The notes: generated by a model not told the origin, from the letters alone. A stretch of 64,000 nucleotides of DNA from Selaginella moellendorffii (GCF_000143415.4 NW_003314265.1:2745181-2809180), one strand, 5' to 3'. Shown: positions 49,450-62,445, numbered from the stretch's first letter. Numbers and translations are program-made.

Positions 49450-51400
49450 GATATTATCCATCCTGTCATTCAATGTGTAGTATTGGAAGAGGCTAAGAAG
49501 GTCAATTATTACATAAAAGAAGGGAGTAGCAATTCTAAATTTATGCTTTAAATGAGCACCTTCACACTACTATTATAAAGATGATTAGATCATTTACAAC
49601 AGAAATAGCTTAATGTGAGAACGAGAATGAGGTCCACTAGATGTTACTCAACACCAAATGTGCCTAATAAAAAAACAAGAGAGGATTATCTAAGTGATGA
49701 AATTAGTTCATCATTTGGCTCTACCTTTTAACATTATCAAATCTAAGGTTAAGGAATTTAAAACTTCCTTACAAAAGAAGATTAATTCTTCTCATGTAAA
49801 CTCAGTCAATGCTCAAAAGTTTCTTCTGGTGATAGCAAAAGAGGTAGAGGAGAAGCTATATGCTGAAAAAGAGATGCTTTATTTCGTTAAAGTGGAACCT
49901 ATTCAGTAAAGTGGGACATTAATTAGCATGTGTCCACATGCCATTTCCTAGTACTTAATTAATATTTATTAATATTTCTATCAGTTTTTTAATTTATTTT
50001 TTATATTTCACAATATTATAACACAAAATCATATGAAAAGTTTTTAATTTATAAATTATAAAGCTAAAACTTCAATTTTTTATTGTTGTTATAAAAATGG
50101 CATGTGGCCACACACCATAAGTGGGATAATGAAAAGTTCCACTTTAACGAAATAAAGCATAGAGGAGCCTATGATTTTCCATCATGATTGATAAGAGTAC
50201 TGATAAAGCATTGGAGAAACACTGGATTGTTTATATTATCTACCTAGAAGCTAGAAAGCCTTACAAACTTGCAAACTAGCTGACCCTCTTTATTGAAGGA
50301 AGAATGGCAGAGGCAATTGTTTTTACTCCAGAAGCTCTCTTCTTACAACTTGAGCTAGATTTGAAAAAGCTTGACTCTGATAAAGCCATGAGATAAAGCC
50401 TCATCCCTAATTGGATGTAGAACAAGTGTGGTACAATATTTGAAGGAGAAGCATCATAAGATCCTTGGTGTTCATTGTGTTGTTTATAGGGAGGTGCTTG
50501 CTGCAACAGATGGTCAAGCTTCTAATTGTAATGCTTTTTATGAGATTGATAAGTTGGTCAAGGAAAATGCTGTCATTGCATGAAGTATATTGGTTATTTC
50601 ATAATCAAGTTATATAACATTTGGTTGAAGCTATACCAGCTTTATTAGAGCAATGGCAAGAACTAGAGAAAGTAAAATATAAGATGTTAACAATATTTCA
50701 AATACTTAATGTCTTTGTCATGGTATGGTAGATACTTGTTTAGCATAAGTCTAATTTTTCATTCATTCATTGGCATACATGTTTTTAGAGTTGAACAAAT
50801 TTAGCCTTCTAGTATGAAAAGAATATCACCAACTACTTAAGCTTAGAGATTAATTGGATGTGATAGTGGAGAGGTTATATTTAGATCTATATTTGGAGGT
50901 AATTCTCCAAAGTAAAGAAGGTTCATTATCATTCATCAACATGAGTGGTGTGATCAAGGTATACAACCCCAACTCTGTACATATATTTCCTTCTCAAGCA
51001 GGAATTAATTTAAATGTTAGTATAATGGGAGTAAAGCTAGGTTCTTCTGATGATTCAATCTCTAAAGAGAGGATGTACATGCAAGTTACCATAGAGATAT
51101 CAATTCCCTCAACAGTATGAAGTGAATTAATCCATACTCCTACTTTACAAGGGACTTTGAAGATTAATAAGTTACAAAAAGATGCTGGCTCAAAAGTTTT
51201 CTGTACAAACTCAACTTTAACTCATCAAAGGCTGATATTAAAATTTGTCACAATGAAGTGGAAGACTTCATCAACTTCCTCTCCAAAGCTTGTTCAACAT
51301 GTGATATGCATCAACCATAGAGTATTTGTAGCAATGAGCAAATCTAGTGAAATATATTTCTAGGTAATGAATTATTTTCTGCTTTTTTATTCTAACTCAA
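49450..51400 (+). pseudogene. Decayed hAT-family (ZNF862-like) transposase, interrupted by the MITE
   Basis: FSIMIDKSTDKALEKHWIVY (first catalytic D motif) near 50175 and ASSLIGCRTSVVQYLKEKHHKILGVHCVVYREVLA (CxxH motif) near 50400-50505; boundaries approximate. Confidence 0.7.
49874..50160. mobile_element. 287-bp MITE, non-autonomous derivative of the Sola-like element
   Basis: 25-bp perfect TIR ATGCTTTATTTCGTTAAAGTGGAAC; TSD AGAG at 49870-49873 and 50161-50164; palindromes at 49923-49944 and 50097-50118. Confidence 0.93.
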
Positions 51401-51725
51401 ATATTAGTACAGGTTTAATGAAATTGTAATAAGTTATTCTAGCCAACACTGCTGCATGCAAAAGAGGTTTCTCATTCCAGAACAATTTAAAAACAGATAT
51501 GAGAGTTTGATTATATTTGGACATACTCTACTCATTAATGATATTAAAGCTTAATAGCTTACATCCTAAAACAGTAGATTGGATGAATTTTTTGTTTGCT
51601 AGTGATAGTGGATATACATAGAATATGCTTCAATATTCTAGGATATTCCACAATCTAATGGTTGTTACTCATTTAGATTAATATTGTATTTATAATTTAT
51701 AAAACTTCCTACATACTGTCTAGTA

Positions 51726-52071
51726 TATTCTATTTTATTCTAGCTGATATAAGGGTAATCTTATGGCTATACATGTTTACAATTATAAACTTTCATTTGA
51801 TAAATTAGATTAATAAATAAGAATAACACTACTATTAAGAAAATCAAGCATTGCTACATGCAATATGTAACAAATTATTCAAATTTAGAAATATTTAAAA
51901 ATTAAAAGTTTAAGTGATATTGAAAACATTTGCTATGCATTTTATGTAGCAATGCTTAATTTGCTTAATAGTAGTGTCATTCCTATTTATTAATCTAATT
52001 TATCAAATGGAAGCTTATAATTTATAAATACAAGATTAATCTTATTAGATATCAAGATGAATAAATGAATA
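51726..52071. mobile_element. AT-rich foldback/MITE-like element with long inverted arms
   Basis: 51781-51859 is an imperfect reverse complement of 51944-52022; weaker pairing extends outward. Confidence 0.75.
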
Positions 52072-52585
52072 ATAACTGTTTAAGAAAACCTAAAAATTAG
52101 AACTAATTTATCTTGTCAAATGAAAACTCAGTAAAAGAAAGGTCAAGGGTCTGGTGAAATTTCTGCCTGCTCCATGATGTTATCTCAGATCATTGAGCAT
52201 ATAGAGCAGCGAGGTCAATTTTCCAGACAACAATCCAGAGGCGCGAGCAAGGCACTTGTGGCGGTGTGTGGCAAGGGCATCGGGCAAGAGGCTGTGGAGA
52301 TTGCAAAGAAGCTGTAGAGATACATTTTATTACAAGCGGAGGAAGATTGTGGAATCATTCCCAACCAACAGTCTCAAATGTGAGCGAGCCACAACATGGC
52401 TCTGTAGGTATTTGTGGAAGGATATTCTCGTGGGCATGAAATTAGCGGAGTAAATATTTTCCTGAATAGATATTGACAATGATTCCTCTCAAAGTCAAAA
52501 GTTACGTATAGTTACGTAAGATCAAAGCTGCAATAGTTTGTATAGAAGTGATTCATTGGGCGAGGAAGTTTCGACTCCTAGGAGC

Positions 52586-54141
52586 ATGGGAATCACTATA
52601 GCGATCCTCGTGTGCTTGCTCGCGACCGCGGCGATCATCACTGCGCGCAAGGAGATCGTCCAGACTCCCGCCCGGTCCAATCTCCTTCCCGGTGGTGGGA
52701 TCTTTGCTCTCGCTCCGCCAGCCCCTCCACCGCCACTTCGCGCGCCTGGCCGATCGCTACGGCCCCATCGTCTTCCTCAAGATCGGCATGGTTCCATACG
52801 TTATCGCCAACACCGCTCGCGCCGCCGAGTTCTTCCTCAAGATCCACGACGCCGAGTTCGCCAATCGCCCCCAGTCGGAGGAGTTCTTCCGGATCTTCAG
52901 CTTCGGCTGGAGCGACCTGGCCTTCCGCTCACCGGGGCCCGAGTGGAAGCTCATGCGCAAGATCTGCGCCACGAACCTCTTCAGCAACGCTATGCTCGCC
53001 ACCAGCGCCCCCTACCGGCGATCGCAGCTCCAGTCCGCCATGGACGCCATCCTCGATCGATCACGGGGCGGCGAGCCCGTGAACTTGCGGACCCTCTTCG
53101 CCCGATACACGTCGGGGTCGCTGTGCCTGACGCTCTTCAGCGAGGAGTGTCCCGAGGTGGTGGAGACGATCAACAACATGGCCGGGCAGGCGATCAACCT
53201 CAACATCGGCGAGATCATCCCGTCGCTCGACTGGATGGATCTCCACGGCGTGTACGCCAAGATGAGGGGCGAGATCATGCCCCGGATCAAGGCGCTGCTC
53301 GACGATCAAGTCCGGGAGCACCAGGAGCGCAAGAAGGCGGCGGGCGATGGGTTTGTCTGCCGCGACTTTGTGGACGTTCTCATCTCCCTGGACGAGAGTG
53401 ACAAGCTCTCGGACCAAGAGATCATCGGCCTCCTGTGTGTAAGTGATCACCATCCTTCTCGATCCTCTTCTCTGCGATGTGACGATCGATCGAACTTTCT
53501 TCCAGGATATGGTGGGTGCCGGATTCAAAACCTCCATGGAGTCGATCGAGTGGTGCATGGCAGAAGTGATCAGTAAACCCGAGATCATGCGCAAGGCCCA
53601 AGAAGAACTGGATCAAATCATCGGGAGGGAGCGCGCGGTGGAAGAACACGATCTTCAAAACCTTCCATTCATCCAGGCGATCCTCAAGGAGGCCCTCCGC
53701 CTCCACCCGGCGGTGCCCCTGGGAATGCCCCACTACAACCTCCGCCCCGTGGAGCTCGGCGATGGCCATGGCACCATAATCCCCGCCAAATGCAAACTCC
53801 TCGTCAATCTCTGGGCGGCGAACCGCGATCCAGCGCACTGGACAAGCCCCCACGAATTCCAGCCCGAGCGATTCCTGGGGACCAACATCTCGCCCGGGGG
53901 GCAGCACTTCCAGATCATCCCATTCTCCGCCGGGAGGAGGATGTGCGCCGGCTATGGCCTTGCCATGCGCTCCCTCTTCTTCCTCCTCGCCAGCCTGCTA
54001 CACGGATTCATCTGGAGCGAGATCTCGGACAATCCCATCGCACTGGAGGAATCGATCGGAACCATTTCGTGCCCACCTGCGAAGGACCTGATCGTCGCGG
54101 CGTCGCCCAGGATCGAGGAGCGAATTCTCGCTCAGTACTAA
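52586..54141 (+). pseudogene. Cytochrome P450 (CYP71 clan), intact except for a 5-bp deletion near 52640 that puts the membrane anchor out of frame
   Basis: WKLMRKI, one intron 53439-53506, AGFKTS, EALR, PERF, PFSAGRRMCAG; ATCATCA(AGTCA)CTG deletion relative to copy 1. Confidence 0.85.
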
Positions 54142-54231
54142 GAACCCTAATCTGGCAAGAGAATATTCTGGCAAAAGCAATGTGTTTGTAATGGATATTC
54201 TAGTGAAGGGGTTTATCGGGGGTTTGATCCA

Positions 54232-55290
54232 AATGCTCTCGAATCAATGTCCGGTGCTCTGCGAAGATCAGCTCCTCCATTCTCAGCGGTGAGATTTCCT
54301 GGAGAACTTCTCGAATTATTTGGAGCTTGTAGCCACCCCCGCCTTCTTCCTTGCTCCTCCAGCGCCAGAGCTACTGGGAGACACGCGGAGCAACACTCGA
54401 TTGGTTCTCGAATTACTCCAGATTCGAGTCGATTATCCGTTAGCAATTCAGCAAATCTTCCCTTCCCAGGTTTTGATGGCTGTGTGTGGGAATTCAGGTA
54501 CCAAGATCTCAATGAGCGATGCCATAGAAAAGAATACTAATTCCAGGGATGTAAAACAGCAATGTTAACGACATGGTGGAAGATGGCTAAGAAGAAATCG
54601 TCAACACGGATCTATCTTCGGATTGACAACTTCAAAGTTAGATATGCTCACGTTCCTCAGCTCTCTTGTATCCTTGGGCTTGGTGATGTTACTTCTTTGC
54701 AGCAGCCATATCTTCCTTGAAGAAACTTAAGATGTGGCAATAGATTCACGGGACATGAGTGCGTTTCAAGACTGTTCCTTTGATGCGGTCATTGACAAAG
54801 GTAACAAAGTAATAGTTTACTCTCAAGAGTCTCCTCTTACATTTTCTTTCTCTTTGTTTTTCAGGCCTGGCCGACGCCATGCTAGTAAGTGTTTGTGTCA
54901 CCAAAAACATCCTTGTCTAATGCAATTTGCGTTCCTTCTTTCAGTGTGGAGTTGATCCGGCCGAAGGCGTTCTACACATGCTAAGAGAAACTTATCTCGC
55001 TTGCAGGATTTTGAGACCACAAGGAGTGTTTATGCTGGTAGGAAGAAAAAAACACTTCTATAGTTCCTGATCTATAAACATTCTCACTGCAGATCACATA
55101 CAGCCACCCCGAAATACGAATGCCGGCGTTGCAGGAACCAGGATTGAAATGGTCCATCCTTCTGTACGCCTTGGGTATGTTTTGAGCTCAAAACGGGATA
55201 AGCTCACTCTGTGTGTTTTCTTCTCAGCCAAGCAAAGCCGTAATGGAAACCATTGAGGGAGTAACTCCAGATTCACTGCCCATTGACGAA
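54232..55290 (+). pseudogene. Methyltransferase pseudogene, duplicate of 41431-42727
   Basis: Multiple deletions, TAC>TAA near 54588, last exon truncated. Confidence 0.9.
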
Positions 55291-55445
55291 TTAACTTTAC
55301 TAGCTAAAAGTATTTATCTAACCACATTTTAATCTAAGATACAACTAATTACCTTTTCCCTCGTGACTATATAACAGCGAAAATGCTTGTGAGGGTTTAT
55401 CACTTTCCATCCTCTCCAAGAGCGATCAAGCAAGACCAATCGATC

Positions 55446-56765
55446 ATGGGAGTTCCTGGGTTTTTCGCCTGGCTCGTATCCAAGCATCCTCGTTGCGTGA
55501 GGGACGCGATTGATGGTGCCAAGAACAATATGCTTCGGTACGACACCGCGAACTTGTATGTCGACCTCAACACCATCATCTGGGTCATCCTGGAAAGCCA
55601 CGATTGCCCGCCCACCTTCGCCACTTTTTACCAAGAGTTCCTCGACTCGCTCCGCAAGCTCGTCGCCATGGTGGCTCCGAGCAAGCTCGTCTTCCTAGCC
55701 CTGGATGGAAGGCCTCCCACCCCCAAGCTCTTCAGCAAGCTCTTCAAGAAGCCGTGTCGCTACAATCGCGATGCTTCTCTCTCCTCCTTGTCCTCCTCGG
55801 AGGATGAGCTCGATTCCACCAAAGGTCAGACAGGTGATCTCATCCCACGCAATCGCAAGGCCAAGATGGCGATGGTCCGCCATGGAACGCCTTTCATGAA
55901 CGGGCTGGAGAGTGAACTGCGACGATTTGTGGCAAGCATGATGCTGTCAAGTTCATATGATCATCGCCGGAGGAGATCAATGACTAGCTCGAGGCTCCAG
56001 TGGATCGTTTCCACGTCCGAGGAGGACGGGGAGGGCGAGCTCAAGATCTTCAACCACATACGGGCTCTGCCGTTCAACGCCCACGACTTCCACTGCGTGG
56101 TTGGACGCGACGCCGACTTGATCATGCTGGCTCTCGCTAGCCCACTCTCCAGGAAGATCAACATCGTCCGCCAGACGCCGAAGGACGGAGTGATGATTTA
56201 CAAACTCATCAGCATCGAGACGCTCGTGCGTGATTTCGAGGTGCAGATGGAAGAGCCGTGCTCTGTGCGGCTGCGGTCCACCATGAGGGATCTCGTGTTC
56301 CTGTGCTTCCTTCTGGGGAACGATTTCTTGCCCGGCCTGGAGGCGCTGACAATCCGAAACAATGGCATCGACAAGCTCCAGCAAACGTACATGGAGGTTT
56401 TCAGCGAGGTAGGGGAGTTTATAATCAACTGCGATGGGCATGTCAACACAAGAGCGCTGGAGCAATTTCTTTTGCATCTGCTAAGGAAATTGGAGACATC
56501 GAAGAAGTTGGAATCTAATGTTGAGATGGGCATGACAATGTGGTCATCGTATATCAACATTCTAAAGTGGTGCGCAGACTATTATTTCAATGGAGTGGTG
56601 TTGGACGAGTCCTACTACTCGTGGGAGAATGCTCCAGCCATGGGAAGATTCATCAACTTCATGGGCACACACTCACATGGCGTGGTAAATTCAAGACCTC
56701 TACTCCCACCAGTTACTGCTACGAGCGTTCTTAACTTAAGACCTCAGTGGTTGAAATCCTGTTAA
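55446..56765 (+). CDS. Intronless, short (439 aa) XRN-family 5'-3' exoribonuclease-like protein
   Basis: MGVPGFFAWL, NLYVDLNTII, LALDG, EDGEGELKI, GRDADLIMLAL, FLLGNDFLP, WCADYYFNG. Confidence 0.88.
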   Translation: MGVPGFFAWLVSKHPRCVRDAIDGAKNNMLRYDTANLYVDLNTIIWVILESHDCPPTFATFYQEFLDSLRKLVAMVAPSKLVFLALDGRPPTPKLFSKLFKKPCRYNRDASLSSLSSSEDELDSTKGQTGDLIPRNRKAKMAMVRHGTPFMNGLESELRRFVASMMLSSSYDHRRRRSMTSSRLQWIVSTSEEDGEGELKIFNHIRALPFNAHDFHCVVGRDADLIMLALASPLSRKINIVRQTPKDGVMIYKLISIETLVRDFEVQMEEPCSVRLRSTMRDLVFLCFLLGNDFLPGLEALTIRNNGIDKLQQTYMEVFSEVGEFIINCDGHVNTRALEQFLLHLLRKLETSKKLESNVEMGMTMWSSYINILKWCADYYFNGVVLDESYYSWENAPAMGRFINFMGTHSHGVVNSRPLLPPVTATSVLNLRPQWLKSC

Positions 56766-56899
56766 TATCGTATGGAAATGACTGTAAATTCTAGTAAGAG
56801 CAAAAGGGAAGATCGACCAGACTTTACAAACTTAGATCTTTAATACTAATATATACATTTTAAAATCACATAGAGTTCCCAGTATGAGTCGTTGGAGAG

Positions 56900-57500
56900 A
56901 CCAAGCAATCCAGCCGCCGGCTTCCTGCTATTGCAGAAGCTTCTACTTCTCGGCACGGTCTTGGAGAAGAGTGGTGTCAACCTTGAGGTTCTTGACGGCC
57001 TGGATGGTCGTGCCTGGCACCTTGCTCACAAGCCCCAGCAGCACGTCCACCTTGCACCCCCGCTCCATGGTCAGCTCGATGTTTAGCCTGTGGAGCTCCT
57101 AATCGACGGCGGCAGCATAAGAATGTGCCGTCTCCCACGCTTGGATATGATCCCTGGTCTCGATGGAGCACCGCCGATCGAGTTGAGCGAGACGTTGAGC
57201 CGGTCCTGCCTGTAAGTCCGGACGTGTGAGGTAGAAGGCGTTGTGAGGGTCCGTCGTCACCTTTGCCTTGTCGTATCTAGAGTCGAGAGAGTCTGGCACG
57301 TCACCAGGAGCGTCGTCCAAGTCCGGCTCAAAAGGCATGGTGTCGATGAGCTCCACGGCCTGGCCGAACAGCCCCGTCCGGCACAGGGGATCCGCCAGGC
57401 AGTCGTAGTGAGCCAGCGTCGGTCTCACGCCATGATAGTCTTGGATCATGTTGGCGAAGTCAGGTGGATGCCGCTTGATCACTTCCACCATCATCATCCC
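56900..57500 (-). pseudogene. PPR E/DYW-domain debris
   Basis: MIQDYHGVRPTLAHYDCLADPLCRTGLFGQAVELIDTMPFEPD and the DYW-type fragment GLVSKVPGTTIQAVKNLKV. Confidence 0.75.
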
Positions 57501-57539
57501 GTTCTCGCTGAGAGGAGAGTCCCCTGCCTTCTTAGCAAG

Positions 57540-58432
57540 TTTCCGGCGTTTGAAAGCCGGATGATCACAGTAATGATCCACCGCCTCTGGTGCCTTCCTT
57601 TTGTTTCGAAGCAGCTCAAACCCCGAGTAGAATAGTCCTGTTTACAAGGAAAAGAGTTAGCCGATCGCAGAAATCACGAAACAAACTTACTGTCAGGGAG
57701 AGTAAGTTCCCAGGGATTGAGAGGCGGATGATCACAGTAATGATCCACCACCGGCGGTGCCTTCCTCTTGTTTCCGAGCAGCTCAAACTCCCGGTAGAAT
57801 AGCCCTGTTTACAAGGGAAAGAGTTAGCCGATCCCCCGTACAAATCAAGAAACAAACTTACTGTTACAGAGAGTAACTTTGAGGCGATCAAGAGGCGGGT
57901 GATCATAGTAATCCGGTGGTGCCTTCCTCTTGTTTCCAAGCAGCTCCACTCGATCATGGTAGAATAGCCCTGTTAGGAAAAGAGTTATCCAATCCCTCAG
58001 AAATCACGAAAAAACTTACTGTTAGGGAAAGTATGTTTGCGGTAATCGAGAGGGCCGTGATCATGGTAATGATCCACCGCCGGAGGTGCCTTTCCAAGCA
58101 GCTCCACTGCGCCAAACTCCGGGTAGAATAGCCCTGTTTACAAAAAAAAGAGTTAGCCAGAAATCACGAAACCAGACGCATTAACAGAAAAGGAAAGGAA
58201 GGGGAAAACGAGAAAGGAAGAAGAGCCATACCTTTTCCTGTGCAGCTTCCATTTCCTGAGCCTGCAAGAACGAGGAAAGAAATCTTGAGAAGAAGACCTA
58301 AAAAAACTTACCTGGATGAGACATTCCACTCGGTGCATACAAAATCGAGAGCAAAAATTATCTCCACAATCTGTAACATCTCCAGCAACACCATCTTGGA
58401 GAGAGAGAGAGAGCGAGAACAAGCAAATACCT
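57540..58432 (-). repeat. Inverted duplicate of 44297-45360 (small exons plus tandem exon/intron array)
   Basis: Reverse-complement similarity, e.g. gctcaggaaat.gaagctgcacaggaaaaggtatggct and the repeat units. Confidence 0.85.
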
Positions 58433-59679
58433 AAAGAGAGATTATTTTGTAGTCTGGAAGTTTAGGGCTTTGGACGATCGAGGCAGGACAGTCTGGTACT
58501 CACTGCGCTGGTCGACATGTATGGCGTCTCCGACTCGCTGGATTCCAGGAGGATGGCCTTCTGGACGGCCGTGATCTTCCCACGTGCATAGCACTCTACC
58601 TCACCGGTGATGTTGCATCTCCATCGTTTCGCGAAGATGGGAGAACACGCTCAAATCTCTTCCCACCTGCCAAGAACTTGGTGTCGTTGTTCATGGCTGC
58701 CTCGCTGTGGCTCCACTTATGCCCAGCGAGGGAACTCCCGTACTTCTCCAGCGTCGGGGCTCCGATACACAGTTTTGTAAATGTTTTAATAATCAAATTA
58801 TAAAGATGTTTATAGTTTATAAACTTTCAAGTATATTCTATTTAATGTATATAATTTATAACATTCTTAAATACATATTGCATGTTTCATATAAGTTGAT
58901 TTGTGTTTTGGTATGCCATTGGATACTGCCATTTATGACTGATCATCTTGAAACCTAGATATGCCGGGAATCTGCTTCAGAAAACAGGTTAACACCAAAT
59001 ATTTCTGGCTCTTTGTTTTGCAACTTCAATTTTTGTAAACTCCCTCTCTTTGCATGGGAGGCAATGAAGTGCCACCATGAAAAGAGAGAGAGGGATGGGA
59101 GGAAGGGGAGCACGGGAGGCCTCCCATTAAACACCATCCTTCTCCACCTAACTGGCAATGGTGTGGCATGATTACATAGCATTTCTCTTCGTCCGACTCT
59201 CTCTCTCTCTCTCTCTCTGGTGCTGCCACACAACATTACTTCCAATCACTTTAACTTAGACCAAAGCCTCTTTCATAGGACAGAGATGAGAGAAAAGAGG
59301 GTCTTTTCCTGGTCTTTTCCTTTGTGTGCAATGCTAACTAGTGTGTAAATATCTCTCCTTTTGCTTTGCTCCTCTAGATTGGCGGATGTTGGGATACCCT
59401 CTTCTCTAAGGGGTTTGAGGTTCTTCTCTGGAATGGAAATGCTAGTCAACCCAAGCAGCAGCAGCAGCAGCAGCTAGATTGGAAGTGGTCTTTTTTTTGC
59501 TCTCAAGGGGCAGCAACAATGATCATATGGAGGTTTCTATGAATTTGTGAAGCTCAGTGGTACTATTAGCTTTGGCATTATGGAATATGGGCATGCTCTT
59601 CATCTTTGCACAACCTGGAGCTAGTAACTATTGCTACATAGTCTTCTCCTCTTGGATCATCCTTAGTCTTATTTTTCCA

Positions 59680-59800
59680 ACGGATGCCTTGCAAGTTTTC
59701 AAGCACACTCTTGGGAATCCACCAGAACTTCACAGGTGGATAGGTGATGATCCTTGCTTAGTTTTGTCGTCATGGAGAGGAATCAAATGTGGTGGAGATA
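59680..59800 (+). pseudogene. Isolated LRR N-terminal cap fragment of a receptor-like protein
   Basis: ALQVFKHTLGNP...WIGDDPC...WRGIKC with no LRRs following. Confidence 0.6.
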
Positions 59801-60095
59801 GCCATGCTATTGTCCCACTGTTCAAATTCTTTTTTTCTTCATGAAGAACAAATAATGCTAAAAAATGTTTCTAAACTCCAAAATGTCAAAGAAGTGCCAA
59901 TCAAAAGCTGAGAAAAACCATAGTCGTTGGATGGACAGATGCAGATGGGAGTGGAAAGAGAGAAATGCTATGTAATCATAAATACTTACCCAATAAATGT
60001 TAGGTGGTTTACAAAGAGGTTTTATATTAGTGTTGATTGTAAAAACAAAAGGATCTTGAGGAAGGAAGTGGCCCTTGTGTGTGGTGTTTTAAACT

Positions 60096-62445
60096 TTAAT
60101 TCCAAGTCCATGTGGTGATGTGCATCTTGATAAAGCCACATAAAGTTGTCCATGAGTGAAAATTGGGTGGGGCAAGTAAACTCCAACTCTGTCCTTGGCA
60201 TTTGAAGATTGTTAAGCAGTAACCCAAATGAATTGGAAATTGTCTTTTGGACATTTTGAATGGAATTTCTGTATTTAATGCTATTAGTGTGATATATGGG
60301 ATAAAAAATTTTGCCCCTTTAAATTGCCTCGTCACAATTTCACAATTTAAAACATTTGGTGGTGCATTTTTCAAGATGAGAAGTGTGCCGTTACATAGTC
60401 CTATTGATGGAGACAATTCTTTAGGAGGATAAGAATAACACCTTATTTGAGAGAGAGTTTATATGGTGGGAGACCAGAAGGTGTTATAGAATTTAGGAAT
60501 TCTATTGGAAAACTTTCAAGATATTTAGTGTTAACAAAATCAATGTTTTCATAAATATATGTATCATTTTGTAATTTAGAGACAATAGTGTTGTTAATTG
60601 CAAATGTGTCATTGTTAAGTAGGGTAAATATGACTCGATTGGCTGCAATATAAGGGTTTGAAATATCAAGTACTGAAGGGTAGACAAAATTAATAATAAA
60701 TGAATAAATTAGTTGTATATAAGGTAATAAAATAGAGTTAGAAGGTAAAGATGGTAAATTTTGAAAATTTTCACCATTTCCGACTTTGAGAAGCTATTCA
60801 GCCCATAATATATCACTTTTAGTAAGTTGCATACTTTTTATCAAAGATAATTTTCTAAATAATCACCATAATTTATTCATTTTTACAAAACTTGAAATAA
60901 TTTATGCCCTATGTCCATGTGGAATGACTAAAAGTGTTTGTCTAAAGTCCTCACTAGTGATAACAATTATGCCACCAAAAGGTAATGATGTATTTCTTAG
61001 GTCTCACAACACTTGATCAACAACAGTGAATACATGAATGTGAACCATATTTATTTTATCCCATAACAATGCATTAGTAGTTTTGATTCTTTTACCTACT
61101 TCACTATTAGTAGTTATAGTATAAGTTGATGTTTTATTTATTGGAATAGAAAATTTAAAAGTAGTGTGTGAGGTTTGGCCATTATAAAGTAAAGTATTTG
61201 CAATTCCTGTCCAAGCTATGTTAGCAACATTTATTTTTCTCAGTTGTAAAATATTTATAAAAGTGTTAAAAAGAATGTTTTACCAGTACCACCAAGGCCA
61301 TCAATGAAAATGTATCGATTATGCTCAATTAGGTGATCAATAACATTAAAAATATCATTAAAAATGATTAACTGTTCTTGATTAAATTGAGGAATATTTT
61401 GTTCAACATTTTGATATATTTGTGTTGAGTTGACAATATTTTCATCATCAAAATTTTCAAATGGGAAAAAATACGTGGTAGTTTTGATTAGTTTTGCCAT
61501 CCATTCTCATTTTAATTTTTGTATCATGTAAAGCATATTCATAATGAAAAAATTGATTTTTTTTGCATGAAATCTTCACAAAAGAAGTCTTTAAATTTAT
61601 CCCATAAGAAGTAAGGATCTTTTGGAGTGCAAAAGATACAAAGTAATATAAATAATTGTCATAATTGTGATGACATTATAAAAAAGTAAGTATTTTTTAA
61701 ACATTTTTCCCATTCAATATCATCAGCTATAAACCCCATTGCATCTACAACTTGTTGAAATGTGTCATAATAAATATTATTAACTGTTTTGAGATCTTTG
61801 AAAGATGTAGCACCTTTTTTATGAAATAAAATAAGATGTAAACGATATAATTCAACATTGGATGGCGATATAAAATACATTTAGGAAATGGCATTTTTTA
61901 TATGTCAAATTTTCCAATTATGAGTATGAGAGTTAAATGTATAATATAAAAGGATTTCAGGATATATATATTGTTTAGCATTTAGATCATTTATATTTAA
62001 TTTAAACTATTTTTTCAACATCATACCATTTTGAGTAGCTTTTTGAAGTGTTATTGTTTAGAACTTTCTATAAAATAGACATCTTAAAAATTTGGAAGAT
62101 GGATAGGAAGATAGATTATAAAGGTTGAATGATCATGCATTTTAAATTTAAAGAGTCTCTATATTTGGCTCTAGAGTAGATATATAATATGTATTTAAAA
62201 AGGTAGAGATTACATTCTAATTTAAAATATTATCAGGTTGTTGGGTTGCTGAATGGATTTCAATTGTAACACAATCATAATATTTATAAATATATTTAGA
62301 TAAATATTTAATACTTTTTATAGTAGCACAAATTTCAATATTAATATGAGCATTATATTTTTTACAAAGGTATTTATTATAAGGCACTACCCAATGATTA
62401 TCAATATAGCACCCAATTTTTATAAATATGCAGCCATTATCAGGT
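60096..62445 (-). mobile_element. Decayed Helitron Rep/PIF1 helicase
   Basis: DNHWVVPYN...NAHINIEIC...[55 protein letters not shown]; many stops. Confidence 0.9.

Noticed and set aside
40246-56765. P450 plus methyltransferase as a biosynthetic gene cluster
   Set aside because: The methyltransferase is of the protein-lysine (EEF1AKMT4-like) type and the repetition is explained by segmental duplication.
59168-59979. Perfect 21-bp inverted repeat (59168-59188 and 59959-59979) around the LRR fragment, suggesting a Pack-type element
   Set aside because: No TSD or clear outer termini were found; it may equally be the ends of two separate small elements.
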